In this document: piece after piece, positions 49,598 through 57,170 of the stretch
How the letters are laid out: every line of letters begins with the position of its first letter
Position numbering within the stretch: position 1 is the first letter of the stretch
NCBI GenBank assembly: GCA_044892525.1
Contig: CM097887.1
Location: 122,435,227-122,492,396, forward strand
Source of the DNA: Schmidtea polychroa
Lineage: Eukaryota
Length of the DNA stretch: 57,170 nucleotides
Reading direction: 5' to 3'
Translations under genes and position numbers: made by a program
The notes under the pieces: generated by a model
Told to the model about the DNA's origin: nothing
The model's input: the letters and a program-made list of their open reading frames with translations, nothing else
The model's database searches: none

Positions 49598-50289
49598 GTT
49601 TTCTCTCAAGTCTCGATTCCCCTACTACCATGAACGAACTCGAAGGAGTGACATTATTTTGTACAAGTCGTTAATGTTTTGTGTCTACTTATATAATTTT
49701 GAGTGTATTTTGATGTTTTGTTCTAATACAGCTGTTCGCTTGTTTTCCGATTGCGTTAATTATATGTATGATTGGCTATGATTGCATTTCATGAGTGGAG
49801 GATCCTGAAGGAGTAGCAGAAGCTTGAATGTCGTCCCCTTTGGACCATGGTGGACCGAATGATGCGTGAAGCATGGGTAAGTCCTTCTAAGGCACCGTAG
49901 GACCCGTACCGAGAAAAGAGTTAGGAGTAGTCCTAAGGCAGGGGCTCACCTGCTAACTCTTTCCGACCCGTGTGAGCAGCACCAACGTGGAACATCACCA
50001 CGGGCTCATACGTGGGAATATGCGAATGATCATGTGGAGTATGTATGGGGAGTGCCTAAACGAAATGATGAGGTTTGATAGGCTTGATAGAAATGCATGT
50101 GTACGTTTCTCTTCCCCACCTACGCCCAACAAATGAATTTATTTGTTATTTAATCTAATTTATTTTGTTGCTTACTACGATAATTTTACCGCTTCTTTCT
50201 TTAAAAATTTTAAAATATAGCAATAAAAAAATAAAAATAAATGAAATTGAATTTTTAACTGAAATAGCTTTACGATTTTCAGCCCAACA

Positions 50290-51640
50290 ATTATAATTAT
50301 CATACCGAAAACAGTTGTTTATGATACTGTACAAAGTCTGTCTATACTTTTTGAAAGTCCTAAAAATTGTATTTTTAATTAATAATACATTTAATGAAGC
50401 AAATAATAAAAATAATAATAGTTAAATAAAAAGAAGTACATTGAATATTAATTATACATTTTCCCTCCTCCAACCATTCGATTCTAAATTCAATTACCAA
50501 ACTAAAAAAAAAAATTTTATTTGGGCGAAAAATGAATTCTTCATCAGTGAAAATGATAATGAAAAATCAAATTATTTCCCAATTGAATTTGTCGACATTT
50601 GGTTGTACTAAATTATGAATCATTCCATTCCGCCTTCTCAGTATTATTCAGTTCTTAGAAACTTGATTTGTCTTAGAATTTCTTTGCATTCAAAATTTGG
50701 TTTTTATCAACCATAAAAAAGAAATATTATTTATTTACAACAGTATCAATTATATAATTTGGTAAACAAAAAAACGGTAATATTTATGAAGGAGTTATCC
50801 GATCCTAATATTTTGGTAGATATATAAGAGGTGTTTGCCTTGCGCCCCTTATGTAGCCTGTGGCCCATAAGCAATGTAATTTGACAGTAAACTGCTTGAA
50901 AGAGAATATTCTTTCATAGTGCAGACGGGAAAGTTAATTTGGAATACACCTATTTCTGTTTTGTTAGATTATGTCAATTTTGGTACATAATATACCAATG
51001 TATTAAATTTGAATAAATACTTTCGCACTTTCGTGATCAACTCGTATTTGTGTGTTTGAACCACAAAGATACAAACAGTTTACCCCAATTAAGTCTCGGA
51101 TAAAATACGGCACGGAAAATAAAGGATTGAATTATAAAAGCGCAGATATAAAAGGAAAAATCTTCAGCTAGTCCAAATATCTTTTTAAATCACTACATGC
51201 CTTTTTTAGAATCTAGTTATAAATACTTAATTCACGAAAATCGTATGATAAATTGTGGTTGATAGGGTGGCTCACTGAAGTTCGTAACTGGAGAGATATT
51301 AAGGAAGTTTCTTTATTCATCTGAGGGGTAACAGCAGATTGTCTTAATGGCGTGGAAAAACTGTTAAAAAAATATTGGCATAAAATTGCATTTTTCTTTG
51401 ATAGTCCAAGATGACCGTTCTTGGGTTGTCGTACTAGTTTGGATAAAAATGATGATGGCGCTAGACCTGCTTACGGAGTGGGTTTCAATAACTTTTCTAT
51501 TGTTGAAGTGGGTGTGGATGAATATTTCTTTTGAATGACTTCTTTGATTAACTTTATGGGTTTGCCGAGTCTAGGGCAAGAGCTATTAGTGGGCCTAAAT
51601 CTGACATTAACTCGACAGGTATTGCGTCTTATAATTTATA
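50290..51640 (-). mobile_element. Degenerate LINE fragment, copy 2 (rearranged)
   Basis: Shares ~1 kb with 35955-36968, with internal blocks in a different order. KKNAILCQYFFNSFST resembles the CR1/L2 linker KA.ILN.YF.SVFT. Confidence 0.45.
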
Positions 51641-54443
51641 ATTTATATATTTTAGGTCTTTTTAAAATAAAATTAAATAAATATTTAAAGTATCCTATGT
51701 AGGCTAATCCTCTTCTATTTATTNNNNNNNNNNNNNNNNNNNNNNNNNNNNNNNNNNNNNNNNNNNNNNNNNNNNNNNNNNNNNNNNNNNNNNNNNNNNN
51801 NNNNNNNNNNNNNNNNNNNNNNNNNNNNNNNNNNNNNNNNNNNNNNNNNNNNNNNNNNNNNNNNNNNNNNNNNNNNNNNNNNNNNNNNNNNNNNNNNNNN
51901 NNNNNNNNNNNNNNNNNNNNNNNNNNNNNNNNNNNNNNNNNNNNNNNNNNNNNNNNNNNNNNNNNNNNNNNNNNNNNNNNNNNNNNNNNNNNNNNNNNNN
52001 NNNNNNNNNNNNNNNNNNNNNNNNNNNNNNNNNNNNNNNNNNNNNNNNNNNNNNNNNNNNNNNNNNNNNNNNNNNNNNNNNNNNNNNNNNNNNNNNNNNN
52101 NNNNNNNNNNNNNNNNNNNNNNNNNNNNNNNNNNNNNNNNNNNNNNNNNNNNNNNNNNNNNNNNNNNNNNNNNNNNNNNNNNNNNNNNNNNNNNNNNNNN
52201 NNNNNNNNNNNNNNNNNNNNNNNNNNNNNNNNNNNNNNNNNNNNNNNNNNNNNNNAATAAGTTATAATTACATTCCATTTTATCTACACATATAATGAAA
52301 AGATAAAATTTCCCTCTCGGGAATTGATAACAGATTAGAATGAATGAATTGAGAAAATTTTAATTTTAATTCGGCGATTTTTCATTCTATTAATCTTACA
52401 AATAGTAAAGACATTAACCAGTATCTCTATGCCAATTAGTTCAACACTTTACTCGCTCAAGAGATTTTTCGTCAAACAAGACAGAAAATCAAAACTTCAC
52501 AAAATTCTCTACACTTACACTCGACTATCTCCGTTCCAGCCTCTGAAATCTATATGCTCAGTCGGATTGACTTTGAAAATTTAATTATGTTGACAAAAAA
52601 TGCATATAAATACGAATTTCCGTGAAATTTAGAAATTGCGCACTATTTTCTCCCAACTGTCGAATTTTGCCAGTAATTTCTTATTTGGAATTTTCAGTTG
52701 ATTTTCGACCGGCCTATTAATGAGAAGTAAATAATTTTTTTTTAAATATTTTTGTTGATTTTACTTGTTAGTAAATAAGTACATTACTTACTTTATTAGG
52801 CAGAAATTTGGGAAAGTCAAATGAAAGGTTTTAATTATTTTGTTTTAATTGTTTAAGAAAATTTTAGAATAATTGCACTTTAGGGTTGGGCAATGATATA
52901 TATGTTTTGTATATGGAATTTTATTTTTTTAAATTTTTTTATTAAAATTACTAAAGTGGACTGAGACAGTTTGCATTATTTATTCCATTTAGATAATTCC
53001 TTGCATATATAAAACAAAATATTGCTCGATATTTCAGAAATTAAATGAATTTAATGAAGAGTATTATGTATTCTAATTTTGAGATTCTTTCTTAAAATTA
53101 ATTATTTATTTGGATAATTTATAGAAATAGTTATAAAATGAAAATACAGTTTAAAAAAAAACAATAATAAAATATCGCTTGTAAAAGATATTGCTGAAAA
53201 TTGTGTTAAATATGATAAAATTTGATCTATAAACAGATCAAGGCTGAAAAAATAATATTTTTAATTTAAATAATAAAACAAATATTTTTATAAATTTTAA
53301 TATTTAAATGCTCAATTGATTTAAACACTAAAATTTAAATGATGTAAAATTTGAATTTTAAAATTTTGCAATTGTTGTTATATATAAAATAAAATCTATG
53401 AATTTTCACGTGTAATTGTAACTCAATTTATACTAATAATTTTTATCATAAATTGCTACACTTTTGGGAAAATTACATACATTTTTTATTAAAATTTTAT
53501 TAATTCCCACAAAATATAATTGATATGCATTTTGTAATCATCTATACTTGTTTTACATAGACATTTTGACGCAATCAATGCTTATGACATAGTTGACCAG
53601 TGGAAAACTGAAAAAGTCTCCCTAGGCTTTTCCGATAAGTCACAGGAGAGGTTGGTAAAATGCTTTAAAGAGTTATCGAAACGTAAAAAAACCTACAAAC
53701 TTCAAATTTTAAAATAAATGCAAGATTAATTTTAATGTAATTTTATATATAATGATCTAACTCCTAGTGATGGGATTCAACCGGTCCGCACCGGTTTCGG
53801 TGAACTGGTTGTAAAAATATTTGGATTCCATACTTACAGGATATTTAACATGGAATTTATTTAGTGCAATTTAATATCCAAATAGATTCTTTTTATACAA
53901 CCTTAAATATGCTATAAAATTTATATAAATGCACGCTTGACCAATTTTGTATTAGACAATTTCTTTTTTACCCAGTTTCTTGGCTCGCGGTAGTGACCAC
54001 CATTTTGGGAAGCACTCCTCTAGGCCATGTCACTAAATAATGTTTATAACATATTGTTATAACATAAGGTTGCAAAATATCTTGAAGAATGGGCTGGAAC
54101 CTGATAGAAATTGACAACAACTATGCGTCAAATAGAATGGGGTACATAGAAAATGTAAGTGAAAAATATATTAATTAATTAATTGAAAAACATTTTCTTT
54201 ATCAATAAGTGCAAAATAGAAAATAAAATTCATCTTTTGACAGTTAAAGGATTAACGAAGATTATAATATCAAAATCTGATTGTTAACCAGTTGAAAAAA
54301 CGTTTAATGCCATTCTCCTATAAACCGTCCAATAAAGTTCCCATGGGTCACAACCAAGAAAGCTGGGGTACCCATTTCCTGACTTCTATTTTATATAGTT
54401 AATATTTTTTTATTTTTCTTTTAGGATATTTGGAAACCTAATT

Positions 54444-55838
54444 ATGGTATTGATGAATATAAATGGCCTGTTTTCTGAACTTCAAATACCCAACACTCTG
54501 ATTCGAGTTCATAATTCTGAAATGCATCTTTTTCTTTCTACTAATGAATCTGAATGGTCACCAATATGCCGGGATCTGATCAAAACTGATCATCAAGAAT
54601 TTTATCGTTACTGCATATTGCTCAAGTACTCCTTCACACCACACGTCTTCATGTTTCTATTGGAATCAGTTATTCTCGGACTGGTTTGTGTGTTCGGTTT
54701 TATCGGGAATATCATTTCTATTACTGTACTCATCATGGAAAGCCATGCCAGTCAAAGTCCGAGTATTATTTTAAGGCTTTTATGCGTGTCCGACACGTTA
54801 TTTCTTATTACTTACTTTTTCTATTCAAGTTTGAGACACGTTTATCCGATGACATCATATTTATTACAATATCATGATATTTATCCGTATTTGGTTCCAT
54901 ATTTGTGGTCTTTGGCCATGACTATTCAAATGACAGTTAATTGGCTAGTAGTTCTAGTTACAGTGGAAAGATATTGCGCTTTAAAACACCCTTTCATAGC
55001 AAAGAAATTCTTTACAAATGGCAATTTGAAGCTGATTTCTATTCTTTCAATTGCTCTAGCTGTTGTTTTTAATATTCCTCGATTTTACGAATGGGATGTT
55101 ATTAACTTCCGAATCGATCCTTGTTTTAATTATAGCGTAATTAGAGCGGATAATTCAAATCTACGCGAAAATGCAATCTACTCTATTCTTTATAGATCAG
55201 TATTTTATGCCGTTCTAGTGGCAATCGGTCCAGTTGCTTGCGTTTTATGGTTAAACATTAGTTTAATTAAACTAATTAAATCTGCGGGAAGCAATCTCAT
55301 CATCCGAAATATATCCGCAAACACATCTATCAGTCACTCATCAAGGCAAAGGAACCAAGTCAATGGTCCAACGTATCAATTATTTCAACCAGCCGCAAGT
55401 ACAAGTAGTGCTACCACCTACGGACAGTACATCCAAGAAAAAAACCGAAGCGTTAATAGACTGATTATACTTCTAGTCAGTGTTTTTATAATTTGTGAGA
55501 TCCCAGCATTGATTCACCAATTTCTCGCTGTATTTGTCACATCAACCAGCCATGATAGTCCAATGATCTATACAGTCAGTCTCAGCAATGCCTTAGTGAC
55601 GTTGAAATCATCCAGTAACTTCCTTATTTATTGTCTTGGTGGTAAGAAATTTAGATTTACACTACGACGGCTATGTCGTCGAAGTACTCAAAGTAAAATA
55701 CCGAGAATATTTCTAGCGGCAGCTTGGAAAAGAATTAATCAAACCAACACAAAATCATCTTTGAAACGACCGGCGAAACAGTATGAGCTCGTTCTCAACC
55801 GAAGACCTTGCATAGATCTAGGGGCCCATATTTATTAA
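54444..55838 (+). CDS. Class A GPCR, FMRFamide/myosuppressin-receptor-like
   Basis: 464-aa intact ORF with 7 hydrophobic segments: GFIGN (TM1), LCVSD (TM2), VTVERY...HP (TM3), FNIPRF (TM4 end), FIICEIP (TM6), SSSNFLIYC (TM7). Confidence 0.92.
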   Translation: MVLMNINGLFSELQIPNTLIRVHNSEMHLFLSTNESEWSPICRDLIKTDHQEFYRYCILLKYSFTPHVFMFLLESVILGLVCVFGFIGNIISITVLIMESHASQSPSIILRLLCVSDTLFLITYFFYSSLRHVYPMTSYLLQYHDIYPYLVPYLWSLAMTIQMTVNWLVVLVTVERYCALKHPFIAKKFFTNGNLKLISILSIALAVVFNIPRFYEWDVINFRIDPCFNYSVIRADNSNLRENAIYSILYRSVFYAVLVAIGPVACVLWLNISLIKLIKSAGSNLIIRNISANTSISHSSRQRNQVNGPTYQLFQPAASTSSATTYGQYIQEKNRSVNRLIILLVSVFIICEIPALIHQFLAVFVTSTSHDSPMIYTVSLSNALVTLKSSSNFLIYCLGGKKFRFTLRRLCRRSTQSKIPRIFLAAAWKRINQTNTKSSLKRPAKQYELVLNRRPCIDLGAHIY

Positions 55839-57170
55839 TATTAAATGCATGCCTATTTTTGGTCAAAAAATATATTAGATCTGAATAAAAATATAATTAT
55901 AATATTTATAATATAAATATGAATGAATAATTTTTTGTTTATTTTTTAATTGAAAAAATTAAATATACAAATGTTATTATGACAAATATTTCATGAAAAA
56001 AATACAGAAAATTAAATCGATAAATTCTACTGATAAAAATGAAAATTAAAGAAAAATAAAAGATAAAAGTTAATAATTTTATAAAATTTTCAAAAAAAAC
56101 TTCAGATGTTGATTTTTCTTTTAAGTACTTTCCTTTCTCATTTCAATAGTTTTACTTTAGTGCCATCTTTTCCCCTAAATTACGATTTTATACTAGGTTT
56201 TGTGAAAGCCGTGCTACTAATAAACGTAGCTACACAAAGTCAAGATGCTATCATTTGACACAATCTGAAATTTTTTTTATAGTCGAAAATATTTTCATTC
56301 TATTGAGTATATGCTTCGCAGCAAAAGTCTTATATCATTATTTGATTGTTTAACATTTAATTAACACTGCTACCNNNNNNNNNNNNNNNNNNNNNNNNNN
56401 NNNNNNNNNNNNNNNNNNNNNNNNNNNNNNNNNNNNNNNNNNNNNNNNNNNNNNNNNNNNNNNNNNNNNNNNNNNNNNNNNNNNNNNNNNNNNNNNNNNN
56501 NNNNNNNNNNNNNNNNNNNNNNNNNNNNNNNNNNNNNNNNNNNNNNNNNNNNNNNNNNNNNNNNNNNNNNNNNNNNNNNNNNNNNNNNNNNNNNNNNNNN
56601 NNNNNNNNNNNNNNNNNNNNNNNNNNNNNNNNNNNAATAATGATAACATAATACAAAATTTTAGAAGTTTGACAAAAATGTCAATTCCAGGAGAAAACTT
56701 TTGTAAAAGTTCCCTTGTTCAATAAGTTTTCACCATGACTAACTTTGTTTGGCAAATATATAAAGAAAATTAGATTATATAATTTGAAATTTCTTTTGCT
56801 TTCATTGCATCAAAACTTGATTTAACTGATTTGTTTATCGATTTATTCTGCAATGAAGAATTCCAGTGAAACTCTGTAAAAGACAATATTGAATAATGCT
56901 AAATGAAGAATAAGCAGTCTGCGATGGCATTGATATAATTGATTTATTTTTCACAGAAATGTTTAGAAATATGTTTATCATATTTTTCCATTGTTATATA
57001 TGTTTTCTATGTATTTAAATTAAATTCAAAACAATTTTACAATTGGAAAAAAAATATTATAAAATTTATTAAAATTAATATATTAATTATAATTAATATA
57101 CATATATTAATATAAATTATAAACATATTTTTAGGGCACCTTTAAAAGTATTACAGATTTTTAAAAATAA

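Noticed and set aside
49810-49866. Resemblance to the CPEB3/HDV-like ribozyme (AGCAGAAGC...GUCG..CCCCU...CGAAU)
   Set aside because: The required P1 and P2 pairings do not form beyond 3-4 bp.
48000-50075. Hammerhead-like words (CTGATGA on the minus strand at ~48026; CGAAA-TGATGAG at ~50061)
   Set aside because: No stem II, stem I or stem III in the required order and spacing.
53765-54255. hAT-MITE-like start (tagtgatgggattcaaccgg) and piggyBac-like end (gacagttaaaggattaa)
   Set aside because: No matching partner end was found for either.
8725-56656. ORF-track entries containing long X runs
   Set aside because: Artefacts of translating N gaps.

Overview
AT-rich metazoan nuclear DNA from a draft scaffold with 8 N-gaps; no rRNA, tRNA gene or CRISPR array was seen. 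Three host genes are supported. (1) The 5' part of a HUWE1-like HECT E3 ligase on the minus strand (7 exons, ATG at 4022, running off the window start). (2) A two-domain doublecortin gene (DCDC2-like, plus strand, 8 predicted exons, 18080-33018, ~409 aa). (3) An intronless FMRFamide-receptor-like class A GPCR (54444-55838). A decayed P-loop NTPase (NACHT/STAND-like) pseudogene is likely at ~38.0-43.5 kb. Most of the rest is transposon-derived: a 4-kb Ty3/gypsy element with TA...TA LTR termini and a 5-bp TSD nested in a TIR element; an hATm-type element with an in-frame deletion of its catalytic core plus a 1774-bp tandem duplication; a mini-piggyBac; a MULE/SWIM remnant; and Penelope, mariner, pogo-like, LINE and foldback/MITE pieces. 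The least explained feature is a GC-rich island (~46.8-50.1 kb) with an intact orphan ORF framed by splice signals and a downstream cluster of stem-loops. All family assignments come from motif recognition by eye; no database search was run.
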